Below are positions 8,765 to 19,400 of a DNA stretch of 24,530 bases, one piece after another. The position numbers and the translations under genes were made by a program. Numbering within the stretch: the stretch's first letter is position 1; each line of letters opens with the position of its first letter. Below the pieces are notes generated by a model that worked only from the letters and a program-made list of their open reading frames with translations, did no database searches and was not told where the DNA came from. The stretch lies in NCBI GenBank assembly GCA_001179505.1, contig CDMY01000746.1, forward strand, positions 1 to 24,530, read 5' to 3'. Source of the stretch: Vitrella brassicaformis CCMP3155 (Eukaryota > Protista > Chromerida).

Positions 8765-10815
8765 CTACCCGCCTTTGGCCTTGTCCGCCTCTTGGGCATC
8801 CTTGGCCAGTATCTCCGCCTTGAATTCGCGGATCTTCTCGGCAAAGAGTTTGATCTGCTCCTTCTCGACCTGCACTGTCGTCACGTGCCCGCCGTCAACC
8901 ACATGGTGGCCACCGATCCACACGTCCGTCACCTACACACACACGCACACACGCACACACACACACACAGCCCCAAAGAGAGAGGCTTCGTGATCGCTGT
9001 CAGTCAGCCATTCGTTGAGTGTGGGAGTGAGTTGCGGCACCTTTCGTGCGGTGGTGTAGACGAGGTGCGAGATGGGGTCATAGATGGGCAGCAGCTCGTC
9101 GGCGCTCAGATCGACGGCAACCACATCCGCGTACTTGCCGACCTCAAGGGAGCCTGCGGGACAGTCACACACACACACAGATCTCAGGACTGAGGAGAGT
9201 GCTCGTTCGTGGTGCCGTGGGCGAGGCGTGGCGTGCTGTGGCGACCCACCCACCCACCCAGGACGTCGGCTTTGCCCAGTGCCCTGGCGCCGTTGATGGT
9301 GGCCAGCCGAAGTGCGGTGAAGTCGTCGAGAGCAGCGGCGCTGTTGGCCTTCATCTGCACAAACAACCAACACAAGAGAACACAACAAACTCGTTGGCCC
9401 CTCCTGCGTCCTTCCTTGTCTGACCGACCCGACCTTGGCGAGCAGCGAGGCCAGTTGCATTTCTGACATCATGTTGAGTGCGTTGTTGGAGCAGCTGCTG
9501 TCGGTGCCAAGACACACATTGACCCCCCGCCGCAGCAGCTTGACCACGTCACACACACCCGACGCCAGCTTCAGATTCGACCTGACCAACGTCGACACAC
9601 ATCCTCCCCATCTGATCTGAGTGCACTGCACATGTGCTGACGGAGACGGACTTGGGATTGTGGCAGACGTTGACCCCCCTCTCGGCGAGTTTGTCGATCT
9701 CCTCATCGGTCAGCCACACGCAGTGTGCGGCGACGAGCCGCTCGTTGAGGACCCCCGCCCTGTCGAGGCTGTCGATGGCACTGATGCCGTGCTGTGTGTG
9801 GTAGTCGGCCACCTCCTTCTCAGTCTCGTGCAGGTGGGTGTGGAAGGGCACCTGCAGCTCACTGTTGTTGGCACGCGCCAAGGCCGCATGCCACTCCTCA
9901 CCCACTGCACACACACACACACACATAGACATGCAGTGTGGGGCGGGTCGTGTTGTGTGCAGCCACGTGTGCGTCTTCGGTTGGATGGGATGCACGCTTG
10001 CTCTTGCCTGTGTAGCTGGAGTGAGTGACTACGGACGGGGTGATCCAGGGGTCGTTCTTGGCCTTCTCCCGCCGGATGAAGTCTATCGATCCATCCACCA
10101 TCTCCTTGACCTACATGGTATGCAGCAACCACACACATACAGACAGACACCGACACAGACACATTCCCACAACTGTGTGTATGTCTGTGCCGGTCGGCTC
10201 ACTGACTTTGCCCGTTTTGAAGTCGATAACAGCCTCGCCCAGGACGGCCCTGAGCTTTGCCCTCCGGAAGACCTCAGCCGACACATCCGGGATGAAGTAC
10301 ATGTCGTTGACCAGGGTGGTGCCCGTCTTGAGCATCTCGTAGGCCGCCAGCTCGGTGCCGTACTTGACGAAGTCTGGCGAGCAGAACTTGCCCTCGGCCG
10401 GCCAGATGAACTTGTGCAGCCACACCTGCAGCTCCTGGTCGTCGCTGTACCCCCGCAGCATCGTCATCCCGGTGTGTGCGTGGCAGTTGATCAAACCTGA
10501 CACACAGACAACACAGATATATGTCTGTCTGCATGTCTGTGGCCGTTCTTTCTCTCACTCTCTCTCACCAGGGATGAGCGCATGAGTGTCGGAGTGGTCG
10601 ACAACCCTCCTGGCCGTGTGTGTCTTGCCCACATCGTCGTTGGGCACGATGGCGGCGATCCTCTCGCCCTTGATGCACACAGCGTGCCTCTCCAGCACCC
10701 TCGGGGTGTCGCTGTCCACCGGGATCACCCATCTTGCCAGGATGGCCGTGTCATGATCTGTGCCTTCTGACGAGCTCTTGCCTGCTGTCTGCTCGGGCGA
10801 TGCAATGCCATTCAT
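8765..10815 (-). CDS. mtaD: Metal-dependent amidohydrolase, TRZ/ATZ family; 5'-methylthioadenosine/S-adenosylhomocysteine deaminase-like (8 exons)
   Basis: Exons 10815-10569, 10496-10207, 10110-10008, 9904-9652, 9581-9434, 9354-9258, 9153-9041, 8932-8765. Motifs LIPGLINCHAH (HxH), HTHLHET (HxxE), AAHCVWL, NPKSNLKLASG, LGTD, ATINGARALG, GSLEVGKYAD. The family is secure; the exact substrate is inferred. Confidence 0.88.
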
Positions 10816-10864
10816 GCCTCTGTGATTCGGCATTTCATCTGCTTCCTATTTGCTTCCTCCAACG

Positions 10865-10882
10865 TGCGAGCTAAGCTGCAGA
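10865..10882. promoter_or_regulatory. Candidate bidirectional-promoter motif TGCGAGCTAAGCTGCAGA
   Basis: 17/18 identical to 3387-3404. Core AGCT-A-AGCT is palindromic. Lies in the 160-bp gap between two divergent ATGs. Confidence 0.4.
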
Positions 10883-10975
10883 AACGGACACCGAAGGACA
10901 GCTCGAAGTTCCACGCGCTAGCAGCTGACGCAGCCGTGAGTGTGCAGATCCATCGCAGATCCCGCCCCTCCCGCA

Positions 10976-12454
10976 ATGCTTTTGTACGTGGCCATCTGCT
11001 TCCTCCTCGCCCTGGCGGCTCTGCTGCACAGCGCTGCCGCCCAGGGGGAGTGCGAGACGCACCGCGTGTGCCACTGGTCGGCAGCAGACAAGAAGTGCAG
11101 AATAGGCGACTCCATGTTCCTCCACCTCTTTGGTACGTAAGGAGAACAACACAACCACACCACACGTCCTGACAGGCAGACAAAGATAGACAACCAGTGC
11201 AATGCGGCTGCTGTGTGTGTCTGTGTGTTGCAATGCAGGTGGTGGCGCGGCGGAGCAGGAGAGCGAGGGCGAGGACACGAAAGAGCTGCTGGAGGTGTCG
11301 CGCGAGATGGCCATCAAGTGCGAGGCGACCGAGACGGAGGACGCCTGCACGGGGCTGTGTCGGTGGGATCCCGACAGCAAGGAGTGTCTCTTGTGGGAGG
11401 AAATCGTGATCGCAGCGCTGTCGCACGACGCCATGAAGTCGGAGGGATGCGGGCCGCTGGGGGAGGTCCAGAAACGCAAGTGGAAATGCCGGGTGGGTGG
11501 GACGGGGTGGGGAAGAGGCAGCACAGCACAGGGGGGCACGGTACAATTGGCAGGCAGGCACACATGGCTGGATCGGATCCTGTGTGTGTGTGTGCATTGC
11601 ATTTGTGCCCGCCCCCCACGCACCCACAGGTGCTGGAGGGCGATGCGTGTGACAAGAACCCAGACTGCATCTGGGGGTACCCAAACCCGGTGAGTCAGTG
11701 AGTGAGAGATCAACACACCCACGACAAACAAACAGACACACAGACAAAAAAACACACGGACACACAGAAACACAGACACGGCGGTCATCTCCCTCCCTTG
11801 TTTGTTTGATCAGAGCAAGCCTCAGGAGGGCCAGTGCGGCTTCAACGACCCCCTGCTTCAGGCCGGTAAGTAAGGGGTGTATATGAGTACAGACCACACA
11901 CACACACACACATCCGCCTCTCTCTCCTTCCGGCCGGTCGGTCTGTGTGTGCAGAGCAGGAGGGCATGATGAGTGTGCAGCCGCCCATCGACTTCTCCAA
12001 GTGTCAGCGCCACCTCGACCCTGACACATGCGACGGCGCCGAGGGCTGCGTCTGGTACCAGGACTCGCTCAGCGTCGGGTGTGACGTCACCGTCGAGGAG
12101 TTCTGGAGCATGCAGTTCCCTGACGAGAAATGCGAGTACAGGCGCTACCTCGACGCCATCAAGTGCACCGAACTCTGGGACGCCGACTCGTGCGCCGAGC
12201 ACAAGGACATCGGCTGCGTCTGGCGGCCGTCAGACGGCATGTGCGAGATCACCGCCCTCACCTTGCTCAAGACCGTCATTGACGACCACGACGCGCCTGC
12301 CGGTGCTGAGAGTGAGGGCGGCGACTACCGGAAGGAGCTGGTGGCCAAGGGCGAGAAGATCGAGAAGATCTGTGGCGAGAAGGAGGACATGGAGGCGTGT
12401 GAGAACACGTGCAGTGAGGACGTCGATGTGGGCGAGGTGGGCGGCAGTAGGTAG
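10976..12454 (+). CDS. Secreted acidic Cys-rich protein with five C-x(3-7)-C-x-W-xn-C (PSI-like) repeats
   Basis: Signal peptide MLLYVAICFLLALAALLHSAAA. Exons 10976-11132, 11239-11492, 11630-11689, 11814-11865, 11955-12454 join in phase. Repeats VCHW, LCRW, DCIW, GCVW, GCVW. The 3' end is uncertain because a donor near 12438 could add downstream exons. Confidence 0.82.
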
Positions 12455-14259
12455 GTAGAGGTAGGTAGGAAGCCGCCTGCCTGAGTGGCTAATTCAGGTG
12501 ATGGATGGGTTGAGTTAGGCTGGGTTGTTGTGTTGCGTGTGGGGTGTTTGTTCTTTCTTCCTCCCCCTGATTGATTGATGTGTGTGCCTTTGTGTTTTCA
12601 TCTTCATTATCCCTCATGCATCCAGTCCATCGGTTAACTAACCGAACCGCGTTGGAGCCGAGCCGATTTGGCTCGTTGCCGCGGAGAGCTAGCCTACCAT
12701 CCATGGTGTTGCGTGCCTGCCTGCCTGCATGGGGGCTGTGCGTGTGTGTGGACAGATCGCACCTTAAGGCACGCCCCGCCCGCTGTGCGTATCAGGAAGA
12801 CACGCCTTTTCTTGGTCTGTGTTCATGCCCTTTGCCCTCTGTTGGCTTCCCTGCAGGCGGGGTCACTGCTGGCTGTCGCCGGGCAGTGGCCTTCCCTGAC
12901 GGGGAGCTACATGAGGGAGAGGGGCAGACACAACCACGGGGCATGGGAAGGTATACCACGTGTGTTCCTCACTTTTATTGGTTTCTCTCTCTTGCTTGAC
13001 GTACATGATCGCAGTCGAGACGACTTCCTACCTGCCTCTCTCTCTCTCTCTCTCTCTGCCCCCTCCTTGGCTGGCGCTGAGAGGGCCTTTCTCTGGCCCT
13101 CACAGTGACCTTTCTGCGCAGCAGCATGACATGACATGACATGACATATATGCCTACAGTACCTCCTTCAGTATCGAGATGTCTCGTGCACGCGTGGGCG
13201 GACACATGCTCACACACTGACATGGTGTGTGTGCCTTGGCGTGTCTCGTCCTTGCTCCTGTCTTCTCATTCTCACTCTCTCTCTCAGTTCTTGGTTCATT
13301 CCCTTCCGTGGTGTCTGTCTGTGGGTTTTTGCCAATTTAATGCTCGCGGGAGAGAGGGTGGTGATGGACCGAGAGAGTGGATGGGTGTGTCGGTCGCTGT
13401 CTTGCTTGGCTTGGCTTGGCTTACTGACGACGTATTTGTACGCGCATGCCTTAAGACGCCTGTCTGCCTGTCTGCCTGTGTGCCTGTCTGCCTGGATGGA
13501 TGGATGGATGGCGCTAATGGGCGCCAGCCGCCTTGATCAAGCCTAGCCGTCGGCGTTTTCTTATAAGATGGATGCGTTTTTATCCCACGCATGATGACCA
13601 GCCAGCCATGCATCACCCACCCACCATACAAGCCATGCAGCATGACATGGCCAGCAGCCAACGACGGATGTCACTCACTGCGTGCTATGCTGCTGATGTG
13701 GTGTGCTTGTGCTGTTGGGCGGGTACCGACCGACCATCCCTTTTGTTGTAGCTAACCCGTTTTTCGTATGCTGCTGCCGTCGGCTGCCTAGCTGCCTTGA
13801 GTGGAGTGCCTGTGCGGTCGGTGTTGGTGTACAGGGCAGGGCGAGGTGGGGGATGGGATGCGGGGGGCATCTATTTATGTGTGTGCGGTCGATTGCCCGC
13901 CAGCCACCCAGGAGTGTGCTTCGATGGATTTGTAGTCCGCCGAGCTTGTCTCTCGCGCTTCACCCAGGTCGGTCTGGCTGATGTGTGGAGGGCATGCACG
14001 TCGAGCTGCAAATGCATTGGAGCACTGATAGCATGGCGACGCGCGGTAGATGGTGGATGGATGGATCGGACATTTGTGTGTGGGTGTGGATGAGCGTCTG
14101 TCTGTCAACATGCAGTGAATTCGTCGATTCGATGCGCTCACTCATTCACCCCAGTCAGTCAGTAACACACAAAAACCTTCAGAAACTTGGTATCGATGCG
14201 GCGGGTTATTACCGTTAGTTGTTGGCACGAAAGCCTCCCGCCAGGCGCCCTTGCAGACG

Positions 14260-14870
14260 ATGAGGGGATGGATCAGCCACCATACGATTTGTCGCGGCTT
14301 CGGTACTTCAGTTCGAAGGATCAGCCACCCTCAACGCCGACACGTCGCCCTCCCACTTCCAAACAATCGGTGACTTGAAGACGTACCTCTACAGCACTGG
14401 CATCGCGCGGGGCGCCACCGACGCAGCCGACGTGGTGCGGGCTCTGGGGGGCGACGACTTCAAACACACCGACGACGAGCTCATCACGGACGTCTTCGGC
14501 GAGCAGTAGGTGCCACACGATGACGGGCATTCTTAACAACCACTTTCGGACACTGCCTGCCTGCCTGCCTGTCGGTCGTGCGTGTGCGCGTGTGTGGGTG
14601 CAGGGGATTGACTAAGGAGAATCCCTTCGTCATGAAGCGTCTGGTTCCGCCACCGATATACAATACCGTACGGACGCTACATGGATGGATGGATGGGCAC
14701 CTGCATGTCTGTCTGTGTGTGTGTCTGTCTGTTACCGACCAGAGAGGTCGCCGGAGCAGACAGAGCAGCGCAGCGAGTGGGTGAGTGGAGCCAGCAGTCA
14801 TTTGTCTGTCATTATTTATTTGCCATCTGAGTCATTTTATAGCCGGCCGGCTGAGCTGAGCCCGACGTAG
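14260..14870 (+). pseudogene. Small spliced gene with a ubiquitin-like (beta-grasp) signature; 5' end frameshifted or unresolved
   Basis: Open frame 14264-14505 (..SATIRFVAASVLQFEG..FQTIGDLKTYLYSTGI..DDELITDVFGEQ) joins in phase to 14604-14667 (GLTKENPFVMKRLVPPPIYNT), 14743-14780 and 14843-14870 (stop). An in-frame TGA lies at 14261-14263 and no in-frame ATG precedes the domain. Removing one G from GGGG at 14264-14267 restores a start at 14260. Confidence 0.5.
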
Positions 14871-15434
14871 AATGGAATTGATGACGTGGTCTCTGTGCGT
14901 GTGTGTACTTGTGTGTCTATGTGTGTAGGGTGTGGCCATGGTGGCCGTCTGGTGATGCTGTGCTTTGGTGATGATTATTTCTTGGTGTGCATCGCATAGC
15001 GGGCTGTCTGTCTCTGTGTGTGTGTGTGTGTGTGTGGCTCTCCCATTGTGGCGTGTGTGTAGCATAGCAACCGGGCGGGCGAACTAACTCCCTGGACGTG
15101 ACGTGACGTGACGTGAGGTCGGTGTGCGTGTGGCTGGGCTGACATGCCTGTCATGTCAACAGCGGATTTGTCGCTGCAGTCAGTCGGTCAGTCAATGCAG
15201 TCAGTCAGTGAAATGAAATGAATGCAGTGGATGGATGAGAATGAAGCACCACAGCGAACGAAACGAATGGACATTGATTCCTCGAGCTATCCACACACAC
15301 CATGTCATGTAATCATACCAGTGGTCCTGCCCCTCCCCCCCTCCCTCCCTGTCTGTCACCCCACCCATCACATGATCTGCACACACACACAGTGCTCGCT
15401 GCCTCATCCGATCGGTTGGCGCAGGGCAGTCAGT

Positions 15435-16447
15435 GAATGAGTCCGTCAGTGAGATCAGCGGTCGGTCCTGTCATCCCTCCCTCCCTCTCTTATCGGCAAT
15501 CCCATCCCGCCCCTCTGGCTGTCTGTCTGTCACCCAACACACCTGCACACACCACACACACACACATCCAGGTGCCGATGGGCGCTTCTGGTGCCGCACA
15601 CAAGCATTTCTTACCCCGTCAGTGTCTTTCTTGTCTGTCTAAGGGCTGTGGCAGCGATCCGCATACGCCCGCTTCTGTCCGCTGCCCTCACCCTGAGCAC
15701 CGTCATCCCCACTGCTGCCGTCGGCCATCTGCCGCACCGCTATCAGATCTGCCAGGGGGGCCCCCTTCTTGTGCAGGAGTGCCCTGAGCTGGCGGAGTGT
15801 CTGGTCGGTGGCATCTGGGCCGCTGGTGTCGGTGAGGCGGTTGAGGTGGGGCAGCCCGCCGTCGGAGAGGATGGACAGGGCGGCCTTCAGCACATCAACC
15901 TGTCAAGAGAGGACAGCAGACAGAGAGAATGGATGGACTCTGTGTGGTGTCTTCCCTCAGCCACCGGCATGTCGGTGACCTCAACCGATTCCATCTTGTC
16001 GCTCTTGTTCATCCAGGCGCCCACATACACACCCAATGTCTCACCGCTGACAGACAGACAGAGCACACAGATCGGTGTGCCTGTCTCGAATGCGTTGTGA
16101 TTGCGTACCGAAATTTCTCCCTGTTGATCTCTTCGGCTGTGCTGCTTTCGAGTATGCGGCTGGCGTCCTCGTGGCCCACATCGGTGTGGTGTCCTCCGGC
16201 GTAGTGGGTGCTGGCATTCACGCTGCGGCTGAGATGAGGGCGGCAGCCGCCGGTCACCGTCAGAGACGTCAGATTCGGCAGAGACCACCGACACACATAG
16301 GCTACCTGCCCACCCACCACACACACAGGGAGACGCACATGACTGGTCGGTCTCTGTCTGTGCGTCTGTTGAAAGTCACCTTAGTGAATCCGCTGAGGTT
16401 GGCCTTATCCGACGGCACCACCACAGTCGTCAGCTTCGGGAACTCCA
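15435..16447 (-). repeat. Inverted paralogous block matching window 1-~1010 (exons, introns and 3' flank)
   Basis: The reverse complement starting at 16447 reads TGGAGTTCCCGAAGCTGACGACTGTGGTGGTGCC, identical to position 1 onward. Similarity is high by eye but imperfect, and continues to the (GACT)n region near 1010/15435. Confidence 0.95.
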
Positions 16448-19400
16448 ACATAGCGTCGTCCGGCCGATCGATGCCACACGGACGGGGCGGCTTGAAGCCG
16501 TAGGCCGCCGGCACCTCCGGCAGGTCCACCCGCCCCTCACGCACACGCAGCTCGGCCAACGTCGAGTGCGATGCCTCCAGCACACGCACCACCCCGTTGA
16601 CGGCGAACGGCTGGAGGGAGGGGCTGCGGGGGTGCAGGACGGTGCGTGTGCCGCCGGTGGTGTGGGCCTTGTGCAGCAGGGGGCTCTTGGCCGAGAATAT
16701 GGACGGCGGGTCGGCGTAGTGCTTGACGGCCGGGAGGGTGGGGGGGATGAATGGGGGCCGGATGGCGCCAGTGAGAATCGACGAGAGGGCGTAGGCGAAG
16801 GGCACACACATGGCGCTGTCGGGGGCGCTGTCGAAGGGCGGCGAGGGGCTCATGGACGAGCCAATCTCACGCACACAGCGCCTGCGCCACGGCTGCTTCT
16901 GCACGATTATGCGGGCCTTGTCGGGCTGGCGGGGCGGAGGGGGCTTGATGTCGGCCGTCGAGATGAGTGTCATTCGCGGCGCCCAGAGGCTCGACACGCT
17001 GAGGTCGAATCGGTGCCATTGCGGCTCGCCGGCGATGGTCAGCCGCGTGTGGAACTCCGGCCTGATGACGAGCGAGCGGAAGGCGGAGGCCCACAGGCCC
17101 ACACGGCCGATGATCTCGAGGGTCGTCATGAAGTCGGTCACGCCACACAGACAGTTCTCCGGCAGTGTCGACAGCGTCACAGTCGGTAGCTCGCCGCCCC
17201 CCTGGTCGCCCTTGGCGGCCCTCTTGATGAGCCGATAGGCCGGCGGCTGTGTGGCCCACAGCAGGAACTCGCCGACCATCGTCATCTCGCTAGGCAGCCA
17301 CACGCGGCTGCGGGGCACGCGGTGACAGGGTGGGGGGCCGGTGGAAGCTTGCAGGAAATCATGCAGGAAGGGCTGTGCCAAGGTGAAGTCAATCCTGGAC
17401 TGGATGGACGGAACGCGTCGATTGGCCGCTCGACGGCCCGGTTGGGGCGGTGGCCTGTGAAGGGGCTGCTGCATGCGCATCGGAGGTGCGGACGGGTGAT
17501 GCTGCACCGGAGGGCCCTGCGGCATGAGAAGTGGCACGTGGCCCTGTGGCATGTGGACCTGCGGCACGTGGACCTGCGGCACGTGGACCTGCGCCATATG
17601 CATGGCGAACTGCGCCACTGGCATGCGGATACGCTGTATGGGAGGCTGCTGCTGCTGCTGCTGCTGCACACCGAATGGCATGGGGATTTGCTGCATACGT
17701 CGGTTGGCCACAGGTGGGGTCGGAGGCGGCGTGTGTGGTGGGAGGGGCGGTGTGGGGGGCGGGGGTGTGAGGTCGGTCTCGGCAAAGGCGCCGGGGGGGC
17801 TGGTGAGCTTCTTGAGTCGCCTGAGGTTGTGTTGGTCGGTGAAGTGCCGGGCGATGCGGCAGCCGGGGGGCGTGAGGGCCTCATCCAAGAAGGGCAGCCG
17901 ACGCAAATGCTCGGAGGCTGGCAACCTGACACACACCACAGGAGAAGGAGCACGACGTTGGCACATCCATCCATCCATCCGTCCGTCCACCCCACTGAGT
18001 GTGCTCACTGGTCGATGGCTGTTCGCAGCAAGTCCATCAGGTGATCGTATCGCGGCAGCTGCAGCCTCCCGTAGCCCAGCACCTCCTTGACAAACTCACA
18101 CACACTACCTGACCACACACAGAGACGGACACAGAGAGACCAATGAGGTGCATCCCTCCCTCTGCCTCCCACTGCCTGCCAGTGGCCTACCGGGGAGCCC
18201 CTCGCAGAGCTGGTCTACGTTGGTGTATCTCTTAAAGTCGGCCACAGTTTTGAAGTCGGCCAGACTCAGGTTGTTGCTTGACGCAGGGAGGGTGGGGTTG
18301 TCCACCCACGGCAGCGACTCGTCCCCCTTCAGCAGACACAGCATCGAGTAGCAGAGGCCCTCCAGGTCATCCCTACAGGCAGACAGGCAGCCCTTGGTTG
18401 AGCTCAGTGCGACCGGCCTGCCTGTGCTCACGCACTTGAATGCGGGTGGCTGCTAGGTTAGAGATGCGATGGGTGCGAGGTGGAGGGTGTGCTGGCCACA
18501 CCCTCGCCGGTTGCGGCGGCTGGTCTCGTCATCGTCGCCAGGTTTGGAGCGGACGGGTCGGCACTGCTTCAGGTCCACCAGATAGACACGCTTGCCGTGG
18601 CCGTACTTGACCATCATATTCTGACACAGAGGGAGGGAGGGAGGGAGGAGGAGAGTTGCGCCGTGAGTGATGTGGTGCATTGGCTCTTGTCTTCGGGGGA
18701 GGGGTGCCTACTCTAGGTTTGACGTGTTCGTGGACGAGTCCGTGTGAGTGGAGCTCTCGCAATGAAGGGACCTGCACACACACACACATGACAGACAGAG
18801 AGAGGACGTGACCACCCGACACACAGCTCTCCAGTGCGTGTGTATGAGGGCACACCGCCTCGATGGACAGCTCGAGGATGAGTTTGGCGGGTCGCCAGTC
18901 GTCCCCCTCTTGGCCCTCCGTCTGCCCCGCCGCCCACTGCCGGGCGTAGCGCATTACGCTCTCCAGGTCGCAGTCCAGCTGTTCGTTGACGTAGAAGTCG
19001 ACAGGTGCACTGCCGAAGTCGCCATCCTTGATAGCCCCCTGCTGGACGACCTGCGTCTCATAATGCACTGGCTCCGGGCAGATCGGCAGCTTGGCAGACG
19101 CTGCACACACACGCAGACAGACAACCGGATGGATGGGCTGTCTGTGTGCCTGTATGTCTTCTGTGTGTGTTGGTCACCTTTGAGGTACTGGTACACGAAG
19201 TTCTGGCGTGCTAGACTGCCGAGCGGATGACACTCGAGCGCATTGAAGAGGGTCTTGGGGCCGTACTCTTGGGGCGGTGAGGGGGGCGGGGGAGGGCTGT
19301 CTGACGATGCCGTCGAGGGCGAGTCGCCACCCGACGCTGCAGATGCAGACGCGCCGGTCGCCCCCCTCCCCGCACCCCCACTGCTGCCGGCGCCCTTGCC

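Noticed and set aside
10812-12029. 405-aa and 305-aa minus-strand ORFs
   Set aside because: Antisense shadows of the CxW-repeat gene, containing translated microsatellites (CVCVC, THTQ).
1-16447. Inverted arms interpreted as terminal inverted repeats of a giant DNA transposon or virus
   Set aside because: The arms are intron-containing gene paralogues. No transposase, integrase or viral hallmark was seen, no target-site duplication could be identified, and the interior holds ordinary host genes.
17533-17592. Regular repeats as a CRISPR-like array
   Set aside because: Directly tandem 15-mers with no spacers, inside a coding exon of a eukaryotic gene.
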